Assembly (NCBI GenBank): GCA_051294375.1
Contig: CM119263.1
Coordinates: 22,056,494-22,120,493 of the forward strand
DNA: 64,000 nucleotides
Direction: 5' to 3'
Source of the DNA: Paraspadella gotoi
Lineage: Eukaryota; Animalia; Chaetognatha
The notes beneath the pieces were generated by a model that saw only the letters and a list, made by a program, of their open reading frames with translations, did no database searches and was not told the origin of the DNA. Both the position numbers and the translations under genes were made by a program. Each line of letters opens with the position of its first letter. Positions within the stretch are counted from its first letter, which is position 1. Of the stretch, positions 52,106 to 64,000 are shown one piece after another.

Positions 52106-52320
52106 TTTTTCTTAAAATTTTGCTAACTTGTACTCAAGAGGGTGTGTTAACTTCTGTAGAAATATTGTTACTATCAAAAAGTTTTTTCCATATTTATCAG
52201 TGCTGATATTTTAGATGGGTCATTTTTTCAATGATGCATAACTTCCTTATTTGTGAATATTATGATTTTAAATTTTAGTAAAAGGTGGGCCTTGGGTAGT
52301 CCTGCAATACATATAAATAT

Positions 52321-52585
52321 CTCTCGTAAGTATCAATCTCTCTTCCTTTTTCCTCCCGCCCAACTACATTTTCTAACTTCTCTCCTAATTCTATTCCCAT
52401 TCATTTCCTCCCCTCCCTCTCCCTCCCACTTCCCATTGCAATAAAACCGGAATTCAATCCTCTTCACAAATCTCCTCCCATCTCCTGACGCTGTCTTCCC
52501 ACAACACCCACCTCCCTCACTTCATTCCACCCCTCCAATTGCCTTTCCACCCCTCACCGCCATAAATCCGAATTGCCATCCCTCA

Positions 52586-52631
<46 letters not shown>

Positions 52632-54227
52632 CTCTCTCTCACCAATCGCTCTGGTTCGGAATCCAATCAGGAAACCAAAGTTTTTGCGACATTTCGTCTT
52701 CTCACTCGAGAATCTTCGCCGCCCCATTTCCTCAGCCGAGTTTTGCGTCGGTCTCGATTTCCGGTATAGAATTTAGGCCGGATCTTTGGCCGGATCTTTG
52801 GCCTGATCTCGACCACTCCGCTACGGGATTACTGCTGAGATTCCCCATCAGATTCTCGGAATCTGGGACTTGAGTTTACGTCGTGAGAGCCTGAGGACCT
52901 GAGAGACTGGACTGCCACTCGGAGTAGTCTTTGCTTTTTGAAATTTTCTGTATTTTACAAAAAAGATACATTTGAAAAAGAGTGAAATTAATTTGTGATT
53001 CTGGGTTCTCCTAATTGGGAAATTCCCTTCTACACTCCTGTTCTCTACCATATTTAATTAAATTTGTTAATTTTTGTTTACTTTGGGCTCAGACAAAACC
53101 ATTCTTAAATACATTTGTTCCGATTTTCAGGTTAGTCTTGTACGTATGTTTTTTTATCCGTCGGTAACTTCTGTCGGTTATCTTTTGTCGGTTTTGGTCA
53201 GTAACGGCTTCGGCAATTGAAAGTGAATCGAGTGTAAGAAGAAGGCTTTGGGCCGGATGTGGTTCGTTGGTGAATGATAAAACGTTTGGTCACGTGACGT
53301 CTGTTTTCTGTTTACATTGACCGCGTTTTTGCTGAGGACCCGAAAGGATGAAACCGGTATGAAGATCCTACAATTCCTACAATTTCCTACAATTTTTATA
53401 ATTGGCAAAAATTAATAAACACTAATGCACAAAAACACGTACATGACAGACCAAAAAAATGAATAAAAGTACCCTCGTGAGTGATTATTGCTGAGTGTTG
53501 AAGCAATCTTAAAATATAAACGACCTCCACGACTTCCAAAACAATATTGAAAGAATATTAATTCTGTAACTCATATTCCCTTTTATGTAGCTTATTTTTT
53601 AAACTGCGCTTAGCTCAATTAATATCGCCAGTTGTTTCCCCCTAAAAAACCAGAGTTTCAATTGAACTGTCAACTGAGTCTGAACTCGTTAAAACCGTCA
53701 AATCCAAACTTCGCTTTCTCTTTTTCTTCGCAAGAATCGATTCCATAAATTAAAAACTTTGCCCTTCATTTTTACCCTCGGGTCATTAGCGGGCGAGGGG
53801 CGAAATTAAAGTGCCGGAAAGAAAAGGCGCCTGAAATTAAAGCGCCGGAAAAGAAAAGTGCCGGGAGATAAAAAAAATGACGGAAAAGAGAAGTAGCAAA
53901 TGCCAGAACGAGAAATGCCGTTGGCTAAAAAAAAATATATATGACTGAAGGTATAGTGTGTGTATAAAATATTAGCATTAAAAAAAAAAGAATTTCAAAA
54001 TTCAAAAGATATACAGTATCGGAAACTAGAATGTTGTAAGAATGTACATGGGAATACTTTTCCATTTATAGGAATGGCTTAGTATATATAGAGAGTTGCC
54101 TGGATGTCTGGCTATTGCCCATTTTAGCAATTTTTTCCAAAAAATAATCTTAAACCACTAAAAAATTGGGTCAAAATTTTTTTTTAAAAACTTGCATAGC
54201 TCTATTATACTTTAAATTTTTTTCTTA
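52321..54227 (+). repeat. Near-identical second copy of about 49040-51030
   Basis: Collinear; differences mostly homopolymer indels; ends at an N gap. Confidence 0.85.
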
Positions 54228-55142
54228 NNNNNNNNNNNNNNNNNNNNNNNNNTACATTAAATGAAAACTTTTTGGCACAGGTCAAAATTTTTTTAAAAAA
54301 TCAATTGTCAATCCACAAAAATATTATTGCAAATAATGTTATTCTTTGCCTATAAATCAGTTAAAACATATTTAAAATAAGCCTAAAGCAAAAAATTTTC
54401 TCAACATTTTTAAAAACTCATTTGCATATTGTTGCATTTTATATTTTTTAAATTTTTTCAAATAAAAGTAATCCATTTTTTGCAATTTTTGCGTACAAAG
54501 ATAATAGATAATCAGACCTTTAAAAATATACCATCAAACCTAATTTTTTAATTAAATTTCAAATATTTTAATGTATTTTAAATATTACTAAAAATTAGGT
54601 TTTAATAAGCATTCTGCTAAACTTTTTCAAAGTGGGCATCATTGAAAAGGGCAACTCAAGGATTCCAAATATATAATTTTTTTACCAAATGTAATGTCCC
54701 AAAGCTGAGATAATTCTTTCCAAAGTGCTCAAAATTGAAAAAAACACTACTTTTTAATTGTTAATAAAATGCGACTATGATAGTTTTGTTTCAATACTTG
54801 GTAACTAGGTCAAGAATTGTTCATATTTTGGTATCGAAGAAATTCTGAAAATGTCAACAAACAAAAATGAAGAAACATCAATTGTTTGAAACATTGATGA
54901 CTGAAATTTAAAGCAAAAAAGTAAGAAACTTATCTCGTGTATTTCTCGTAACATGACATAACATGACGTGACATGACCAGACATGACATAGCATTACTAC
55001 TATGACTGCAATAACTTTCTTAGCCCGTGTATTTATGACACGCCATTGCGTCGGAATTTCGTCTTTTGTTCTTATATATTTGAGGATTTCCAGAAGGCGG
55101 CGCTAGCAGTCCCTTAGATTTGAGGTTTTTCCGGATCTCTCT

Positions 55143-56233
55143 CTTTTAAAATTTTGCTAACTTGTACTCAAGAGAGTGTGTTAACTTCTGTAGAAATATT
55201 GTTATTATCAAAAAGTTTTTTCCATATTTATCAGTGCTGATATTTTAGATGGGTCATTTTTTCAATGATGCATAACTTCCTTATTCGTGAATATTATGGT
55301 TTTAAATTTTAATAAAAGGTGGGCCTTGGGTAGTCCTGCAATACATATAAATGAAAAACTTTTTGGCACAGGTCAAAATTTTTTTTAAAAAATTCAATTG
55401 TCAATCCACAAAAATATTATTGCAAATAATGTTATTCTTTGCCTATAAATCAGTTAAAACATATTTAAAATAAGCCTAAAGCAAAAAATTTTTCTCAACA
55501 TTTTTAAAAACTCATTTGCATATTGTTGCATTTTATATTTTTTTAAATTTTTTCAAATAAAAGTAATCCATTTTTTGCAATTTTTGGTACAAAGATAATA
55601 GATAATCAGACCTTTAAAAATATACCATCAAACCTAATTTTTAATAAATTTCAAATATTTTTAATGTATTTTAAATATTACTAAAAATTAGGATTTTAAT
55701 AAGCATTCTGCTAACTTTTTCAAAGTGGGCATCATTGAAAAGAGGGCAACTCAAGGATTCCAAATATATAATTTTTTTACCAAATTTAATGTCCCAAAGC
55801 TGAGATAATTCTTTCCAAAGTGCTCAAAAATTGAAAAAAACACTACTTTTTAATTGTTAATAAAAATGCGACTATGATAGTTTTGTTTCAATACTTGGTA
55901 ACTAGGTCAAGAATTGTTCATATTTTGTGGTATCGAAGAAATTCTGAAAATGTCAACAACAAAAATGAAGAAACATCAATTGTATTGAAACATTGATGAC
56001 TGAAATTTAAAGCAAAAAAGTAAGAAAACTTATCTCGTGTATTTCTCGTAACATGACATAACATGACGTGACATGACCAGACATGACATAGCATTACTAC
56101 ATGACTGCAATAACTTTCTTAGCCCGTGTATTTATGACACGCCATTGCGTCGGAATTTCGTCTTTTGTTCTTTATATTTTGAGGATTTCCAGAAGGCGGC
56201 GCTAGCAGTCCCTTAGATTTGAGGTTTTTTCCG
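55143..56233 (+). repeat. Second copy of 52107-52317 plus 54253-55133
   Basis: Collinear near-identical sequence adjacent to an N gap. Confidence 0.8.
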
Positions 56234-56953
56234 GTCTTAACTAATGAACAACCAAGTTATTAAGTGGGACAGATCGACGGACGGACATATCTATAGACCG
56301 ACCGACCGACAGACCGACCGAAAAGTGACTTATAGAGTTGCTCCGCGAGTACTCGCGGCGCAATTAAAAAGTCGGAACAGCGAACACTCTACAGTATACA
56401 CTTGACAAAAAGACCGATAGCGCCGCCTTCAGTATTCAGCAAATGCAAAAGACGAAAGCTGGAAAATAAAAGCGTCGTCGCCGATCGCTCTTTCTCTCCC
56501 GATTCTGAAAAAAAAATCACCCAATGAAATGTTCTTTCTTTTTTTTTTCTTTTTCGATTTCTTTGGCGGAAACGAACTGTTTGGGATTTCAAACTCGTTT
56601 GGGGAGAAAAAAAGAGGGTTTTTTTGTTGCCTCTTTTCTGATCTGACTGATTGATTGACGGACAGTTTTTTTTTTCACCAAATTAAGACCAAATGGTTTC
56701 GCTTATTTTCTCTTATTTTCCCTTATTTTTAGTCTGATCTGCTTATCAGCAGATTCCGACTCTATAATCCAATTTGTCGGTCCGTCGGTCCCCCCCCCAA
56801 ATCTTGTCGGGGAATCACTTAAATAATTATAATAATTATGATAAATTGTGCATATTATCGCTTAATTATCGTTGGCAGATCCGACATTATTTGCTCAAAC
56901 TTGTTTATCTACCCCTCTCTTTTACTAGTTCTTAATCTTACTTTCTCTTTCTT

Positions 56954-56995
<42 letters not shown>

Positions 56996-57238
56996 CTTTT
57001 CTTTTTTCCTTTTTATTTTTTTTTGTTTTTCCCCTTTTTTCTTTTCCCATTCCCATTCACTCGCGCGCCATTCTTTAGATTCCTCCGCTCAATTTCATTT
57101 TAATCTTTTGATTGAGGAGTTTAAAAAAAGTTCTACAGCCTCACGCCATTTACTCACCACTAGTGCATAGCAAACGTGAAACTTTAAATCACTCTAACGT
57201 GTGCGTGTGTGAAGGTCTCTCTCGTTTTCCTTTCTCGC

Positions 57239-57329
<91 letters not shown>

Positions 57330-57436
57330 TTCCTTTCTCTCTTTCTCCCTCTCTTTCCACATTTTTGCCCTTTCCCACGCTTGGTTTCAATGTTTCTATC
57401 TTTTGAATTTTCTCTCTCTCATTCTCTCGCTCTCTC

Positions 57437-57511
<75 letters not shown>

Positions 57512-57940
57512 CCTCTCCTCTCGCTCTCTCTTATATTCCGTCGTGATCAGAATAAAAGTTACAGAATGACAGCTTCTAAATTCCATGGGACAGATTCGAG
57601 AAAATGGGATCGAAGGTTGTCGCGCGGGAGCGATGGATTCTGGCGCGTGCGAGGGGGTTCAGAGAGAGAGAGAGAGACAGAGAGAGAGAGAGACAGAGAC
57701 AGAGAGAACGATCGTGAGCAGTGAAGGCCGCGTGAGAGGGGAGAAATCTTGAGCAGAGCGGAGTGACTGACCTTTTTCGTGCCAAAGAAAAAGTCTGCTC
57801 CCGACGGTTTTTAAATCGGAGTTTGAATTCAAGATTCGGTTTAGGTTTTAGTCCCAGTTGTGATGTTTTCGATGAGAGTTGTAGTTTAATACTTTATTTG
57901 CTATTTTTCCTGGAATTAATTTTCCAGGAATTAATTTTCG

Positions 57941-58004
<64 letters not shown>

Positions 58005-58832
58005 ATATGTAAACAATAAAGTTTACCTTTTTTTTAAATACCCAGTTTGTACTTGAAGCATTCATTATTATCTCGCCAGACGGGCTTAAGCCTCATCTGA
58101 TTCATCAAAAAAGGAGTTCTGCTCTCCAGCGGTTAAACTTTTTTTTTCTTTTTTTTTCTTTCTTTCTCTCTCTCTCTCTTTCTTTCTCTCTCTCACTCAT
58201 ACACGCTTTTGTTTGTTTTATTTATGATGAATGATTCATCGTGTCAATAAATGATTATTATCGCATCAATGAATGACTATCATCACTTCAATGAATAATT
58301 ATCATCATATCAATGAATTACTATTACATCAATCAATCAATTACTATTGCAACAATCAATTACTATTACATCAATCAATTACTATTAAATCAATAATTTG
58401 TTATCGCATCAATCATTTTTTTGTTTTGTTTTTTCATTAATTTTCTGGCGAGATCACTATACTTTTAAGATTTTATTTTTTAAAAGTTTGCACATTCGAT
58501 AAGCACAATTTGATCAAACAATTTTAGTGTTTTTTTCAACAGGCGTCAAGAAATAAATGATTGACATGTCGATTCATCAATCTCTGTAAACCCTTTTTCT
58601 TTTTCTCATTTATTTAATGAAAAATACTTAAAATGATTAAACACAAACATAGAGTGACGTGATTTTTTATTAAAAACCTCACGTGATCATTTGTTTGCTT
58701 CAAAGGAGAGGCGCTACCGTTTTTTCTCCATAAAAATTCGATCGATCTTTTCTCCTGTGCACTTTTGGCTCGAAGTTTTTTTTGTTTTTTTTGTTCTTTT
58801 ATTTTCTCTGGTTTTTTTTCTTTCCGCAACAA

Positions 58833-59825
58833 ATGTGGTTAACGGCGACTTTGTCGGTGGTGGCTGCGCTGGCCTCGGTGGCGTCGGCCTTCGAAACCTG
58901 CCAGGGAGTCTGCGTCTCTAGAGCCTTTCAAAGCGTGGAGGAAAAACTGGGCCACTTGGAACAGAAGCTCAACGATCTCGATGCCAGCGGGGCAGCCGAA
59001 AGGTAAGTTTATTTTTTATTTAATGACATGCCACGTTACTGACATCTAAAATTTGCTGTCAGTGAATGATTTCCAAGGATCTAATTTCCATTTAGGCCAT
59101 AATTTTTATTTTAATCGTAAAAGACTTAAAAGACTTAATATATTCTTTAATTTTATCAATAAACAACCAGGACTTCCATGGACCACCTCGTAAATCTATT
59201 TTCCGGACCGCCGCGAGGATTCTTCTGCCCAGCGTCTCGTCCGCAGAGCTGCTACATGTTCGTGGAGGACAAGACGGGTTGGTTCGAGGCTTTCCAACGC
59301 TGCGGAGAAATGGGATCCCATCTCGTCTTCATCGAAGATCAACACGAGATGGACTTCCTCAGGGAACAGATCGACTACAGGGCTACGGGAAACGACCCGT
59401 GGTGGATCGGAGCTTCCGACATGGGTACGGCTTTCGACGAACAATGATGCTATCTGGCTGTGTTGCGAATCGTTGTTGACTATTTTTGGTTGTTCTGTTC
59501 GTCTGTCTGTGTGTCTATAAGGAAATGTCTTTCAAAGTAAAGTTAACTCATAATATCTAATTTGAAAAAAAGTAATTATGTATGTTATAAAATGGCATTA
59601 TAATTGCTTAACCGCTATTTAATACTAGGTCACCACGGTCATTACACTTGGAGATCCGCCGACGGAGAAAAAGACGTGACCTACACATTCTGGGACAACG
59701 GACAACCGGACGACAACCAGGGCAAAGAGCACTGGGCGGAAATCTGGAACGCAAACAGGAGGTGGAACGATGCCACGGCCGACTTCAAAGGAGGGCGCTT
59801 CATCTGCGAATACGACAAACAATGA
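58833..59825 (+). CDS. Secreted C-type lectin 1 (signal peptide, coiled-coil neck, CTLD with QPD/WND). Exons 58833-59002, 59171-59424, 59629-59825
   Basis: MWLTATLSVVAALASVASA signal; SCYMF..WFEAFQRCGEMGSHLVFIEDQHEMDFL..WWIGASD..WDNGQPDD..WND..FICE. Confidence 0.92.
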
Positions 59826-59984
59826 GAAGCTTGAATTAAATAGTAATTGAATGCTAAATTTATACATGAATATTTCTCGCAAATATAGTTTAAATTTCAT
59901 GAAGCTTCATTCGTTTTGTGGGAAAAAAATAGTTCAAGATGTAGAGGTAGTATTTCATACCCCGTTACTCGTCCGCGAATCAGC

Positions 59985-60130
59985 AGCACCTTTGGCGCCG
60001 GAGGTAGCACGAGCTCCTCCCAACCCAAAGGAATCGCGTTCGCGCCCTCCTGATTAACACAAGTAAAAGCGGGACGGGGTGTCTAACCCACCTGGAGGGA
60101 CCTTGTGTGCAACGGACGGTGAACTGCTCG
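59985..60130 (+). mobile_element. Diverged subfamily copy of the tRNA-twister element (P3/P4 region deleted)
   Basis: TGGCGCCGGAGG...CTCCTCCCAACCCAAAGG head, then ACACAAG-TAAAAGCGG-GA-CGG-GGTGTC-TAA-CCC...CTTGTGT. Confidence 0.6.
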
Positions 60131-60224
60131 CGGCATCGTCTTCCACAAAAAACTTAAGATAAGTTACCTAATTTTCGGCATATGTTGTCTAAGAAATTAC
60201 TTGTCTCGCTCTCTCTTTTTTCGC

Positions 60225-60380
60225 TTATGGTGGACCGTTTATCAGCGGCCATTAGTGCAGGAGGCAAGTCATTCGACTCCCAATCAAGAGGTCCTGGGTT
60301 CTAGCCCGGTGGTCGCCTTGCTTAACCCGCCTGAACATGGTGTTACGTCCTGATCCGAGGCTCAGGGACTGCTTATACTT
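60225..60380 (+). mobile_element. Same element with an internal deletion in the ribozyme-like part; clearest tRNA cloverleaf (60245-60317, CCC anticodon loop)
   Basis: GCGGCCA..AGTGCAGGAGGCAAGTCA..CTCCCAA..GGTCCTGGGTTCTAGCCCGG-TGGTCGC, then CTTAACCCGCC...CCTGATCCGAGGCTCAGGGACTGC. Confidence 0.75.
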
Positions 60381-62317
60381 AATAATAAAAAAAAAATTGA
60401 ATGAAAATTGGAACACTTGTAAAAAGTTGTAATGATATCACAATCAATTAAAAAGATTCAAATCCGCAATCATGATCTTCTCTAAGTTCTCAGTGAAGGC
60501 GGCATATACTTTTGGGACCGCACCCGTTAGGAATGCTGTCATTTCTGTCCTTATTGTTGCAGGTTGACAGTTATAGAGGAGATGCGTGGAACATTTTTCT
60601 CTTGTATTCTACATTTTCATCAATCAGGGGGATTGCAGTCAGAAAAACTGCGCGACCAAAAGTCAGAATTTGCTTAAATTTGCCAAAATTTGCTTAAATT
60701 TTGAAAGGAAGCGGCGAGAAGAATTTCGACATGTTATACAAAAAGCATCATTTACAGTAATTGCTGTTAGATTTTCCAGACGTTTTTGATATCGATCCAA
60801 AAAAAATTTAACTTAGTTTCCAAATATAGTCCCTTTTTTCTTCTATCATAAACCGTTTTGGTGCCCTAATTTTTTAGGGGCTTCTAAAGAAAATGTTTGA
60901 CATTCTCATCATTGATTATCAACATAAGTGGCCAGCGCAAGATTTTCATACATTAAAATATGTTTAAATAAATATATATCCTGTTGTAAAAACAAAAAAA
61001 TATGTATTTAAGGTGAAGGTCGATACTGCATTCCAAAAATCTTATAAAAAAGGGCAGGCTTCAAAGGGAACCTCAAAAGGGATTTACCTAAATCCAAACA
61101 GTGAGAAAAACACGAAAATCTTGTCAGAAATGATTGACGTAAAATTTAATCCAAACATTTTTTTAGAAAATTTTAAATCCGTTATATTTGAACAATTTTT
61201 CCCCCTCCGTTCATGTTGGTTTTGTTTGAATCTCAAAATAGAACCCATGAGACAAAGTGACAAGAAAGAAATCTCTGCCATTCTGTATATTTTATATTTT
61301 ATATAGAGACATAAAGACGATAAATCTCCCAATTCCCTGCGACCTGAGACCATTTTTTTTAAGTAGACCCTTTTTGAAGTTCTTATGCAGGTGGGTGTGT
61401 TCCTATGAAGGGCGTGTCTCTAACTCAATACGTATTAGGTTGAATTATTGTTGTGGCTGTAAAAGTTATGTGAGGGATGGGTAATTGGGTATTATAGCAG
61501 AAAAGAAAAAAAGAAAAAAAATTTAAAGAAAGAAAGAAAAAACAGTGAAAGGCAAAAAGAAAAAAATAAGAAAGAAAAAACAAACAAAGAAAAAAATAGA
61601 AAAAAAGAAAACAATTGAAAGAAAGAAAGCGTAGTAAATAAAGAGAGACAAAGTGAGTTACCAAGGATTCAAATTTAAAAATTTTGGGTAAACAAGGGGA
61701 AAGAAGGGCCGCGTATTTGATCAATTGACTACCGAATCAGTTCTATTGACTCGAATATTTCTTTGCCTATGTTCATTGATTGATAATAATACTACACGTA
61801 CATACGTAGCTGGTTTTTTTCTTTTCTTTTTTTCACTTTACAAAATAGAATGAAGGCAATGTCTTTAAATTTGGAGAATATAAAATCACGAAAGTCTTTT
61901 TGTTTGTTTTTAATAATAAAACTTCGCTGTTGTCGAAACAAAAGATTTTCGTTATTCTAAATCCAAACGCAACGAAATTGTAAGAAATTCACACAATTTA
62001 GGAATTAGCAACTTGCCGATTAATTTAATTAAAAAGTGCGCTAGATCTGGATCGCCGACCCACGACGCCGCGTCTATTCTTTTTTCTTTTCTTTCTTTTT
62101 TGGGAGCCATTACTTCTTTAAACTCAAACAACTCAATGTCAACTTCCTTATTTCCTTTCAACCTGTCACCTCAGGATTTGTTCACTTAAAAAGGTGAATG
62201 TCTTCCTCCCCTACTAATAAATTAGGGGCGACTCTTGTATTCTCGACACAATCGTCAAAGAACGATTTCCGCGCTCTTTCCTCACTTTTTTGCGACTTTT
62301 CTAATTTTTTCCTCAAA

Positions 62318-63594
62318 ATGTGGTTGACGGCGACTTTGACGATTGTGGCGGCGATGGCGGCGTCGCCAACGGCGTCGGAAATATGCCACGGCGTCTGCGT
62401 CTCGGCGGCAATGGCGGAGCTCAACACCAAACTGGACAACATAGAAAGGGAGCAGAGGACCGTCGAAGGAATCACACAGTGAGGTTTTTTTTATTTGTTT
62501 TTTTTTTTTTTAATATTGAAGTATTGAACTATTCAGGAACAGATTAACCTTTAAATTTACAGAAGATCTGGTAACATTTTATCGTAGAATATACAATTGT
62601 ACATAATAATTCGCTCAAGCGATTTACAATTACGAGACGGCCTTTTTTCGCATCTTTCACCACCCATATCCAAAATTCTGAAAGGCTCTTCTCGGAAACG
62701 CTGACCCAGCACCTCAACAGGCCGCCTCCGGGCTTTTTCTGCCCGCCCTCTCAGCCAAAGAGTTGCTACATGGTCGTGGAGACTCCGATGAGATGGTTCG
62801 CCGCTGACACGTACTGCATGGAAAAGGGAGGCCATCTCGTTTTTGTTGAGAGCGAGGCTGAACATCAATTTCTCAAGTTGGAAGTGGAGAAGAGGGAACA
62901 CGGCAATGACGGATGGTGGATCGGACTCTCAGACATGGGTAGGTCATAAAAGACATTGTCAGTTAGACCGGATATGTTATCAAAATTTCAAGATTACTTG
63001 CTTAACTGATTTAAAGTTTATTATTTTAAAAATAATCAATGTATCATGAATTATGTATGTAAAAGGAGCATTTTGAAAAAAAAGTAGCGGCATTATCATT
63101 AATAGTCGGATATTAGTCGGTTTTAACCATTTATGTGGCACCTTTTTTTCTGGAGCGTAAAAAAATCAAAAAATCAAAAAATCAAAAAATCGTGAATTGA
63201 AGTGACAGTCCTGTCCAAAGAGTAAAAAATATATTTAAAGAGAAGCCATGAGTTATTACATATTACCTAAGCAATACTGTTAGAGAGTCTTGATTGAAAG
63301 CGTGTCGGATCTTGCTTTGCTATTATATTGTAAGAAGGATGGCGGCCAGTATAGCTTGTTTATTTAATTAATGAACAATTTTAATTTGGGTTTATACCAG
63401 ACAATCATGGGACCTTCAGCTGGTATTCCGCCACCGAAGTCAAACCGTTGGAATGGAGCAATTGGGACATCAATCAACCGGACAACATCAACGGAAAAGA
63501 GCATTTTGGGGAGATGTGGATGGCGAATAAAAAATGGAACGATCGCTACTTGGATTGGGACAACAGATTCATTTGTGAATTCGATAAAGAATGA
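62318..63594 (+). CDS. Secreted C-type lectin 2, tandem paralogue with the same exon structure. Exons 62318-62478, 62685-62938, 63401-63594
   Basis: MWLTATLTIVAAMAASPTAS; SCYMV..WFAADTYCMEKGGHLVFVESEAEHQFL..WWIGLSD..WDINQPDN..WNDR..FICEFDKE*. Confidence 0.92.
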
Positions 63595-63789
63595 ATTGTG
63601 AAACGAAAATGAGTATGAAGCTGATGAAAAATGTATTCATTTAAAATTCCTTGGAAACTCAAACAAAAAATTGTTAAAATAACGAAATTCAGTAAATTGT
63701 CCATCTTTTATAACTTTGTTTGTTTGTTTCATTGAGAAGGTCATTTCTCAAAGTGGTGTTTTGTCTATGTCTTTATTAGTCTCTCTCTT

Positions 63790-63877
<88 letters not shown>

Positions 63878-64000
63878 ATCTGATCTCTCTCTCCTTGAAA
63901 AACAGTTTGTGAGGTATAAATTTTTGAGCGGTTGATTTCCTCGGAGGCAAATCGAACGTCGGAAATCGTCAAATGTTGTCGTCGACCGCGCCGTCACAGT

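Noticed and set aside
58220-58415. Imperfect ~20-bp tandem repeat (ATCAATGAATGA.TAT...) considered as a CRISPR-like array
   Set aside because: No unique spacers, eukaryotic context; an ordinary minisatellite
60245-60317. Possible functional tRNA-Gly(CCC)
   Set aside because: Mismatched D and anticodon stems and an altered T loop; it is the head of the repeated element

Overview
Invertebrate animal (eukaryotic) genomic DNA with spliceosomal introns, AT-rich non-coding sequence, (AG)n microsatellites and assembly gaps. All gene models were read and spliced by hand. Protein genes: the 5' part of an ILVBL/HACL2 gene (-); an intronless SAMD1/KAT6-like protein (winged helix, double PHD, SAM; -); a complete 11-exon M13/neprilysin-like peptidase (-); a 4-exon CSPG-repeat (FRAS1/FREM/CSPG4-like) fragment (+); a 6-exon type II membrane protein ending in a ShK-like Cys6 domain (-, one apparent 1-nt frameshift); and two tandem secreted C-type lectins (+). 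RNA genes: two tRNA-Gly(TCC) and one tRNA-Leu(AAG), the latter inside a 153-nt intron. The most striking signal is a dispersed ~235-bp element that joins a tRNA-like Pol III head directly to a circularly permuted (P5-type) twister-ribozyme-like fold, with compensatory changes; it occurs at 5 independent loci. There are also Penelope-type minimal hammerhead motifs, HINE/DINE-like repeats and an unexplained highly structured intronic segment. About 40-56 kb consists largely of indel-rich duplicates that look like long-read gap-filling artefacts. No structure, similarity or activity claim here has been checked computationally.
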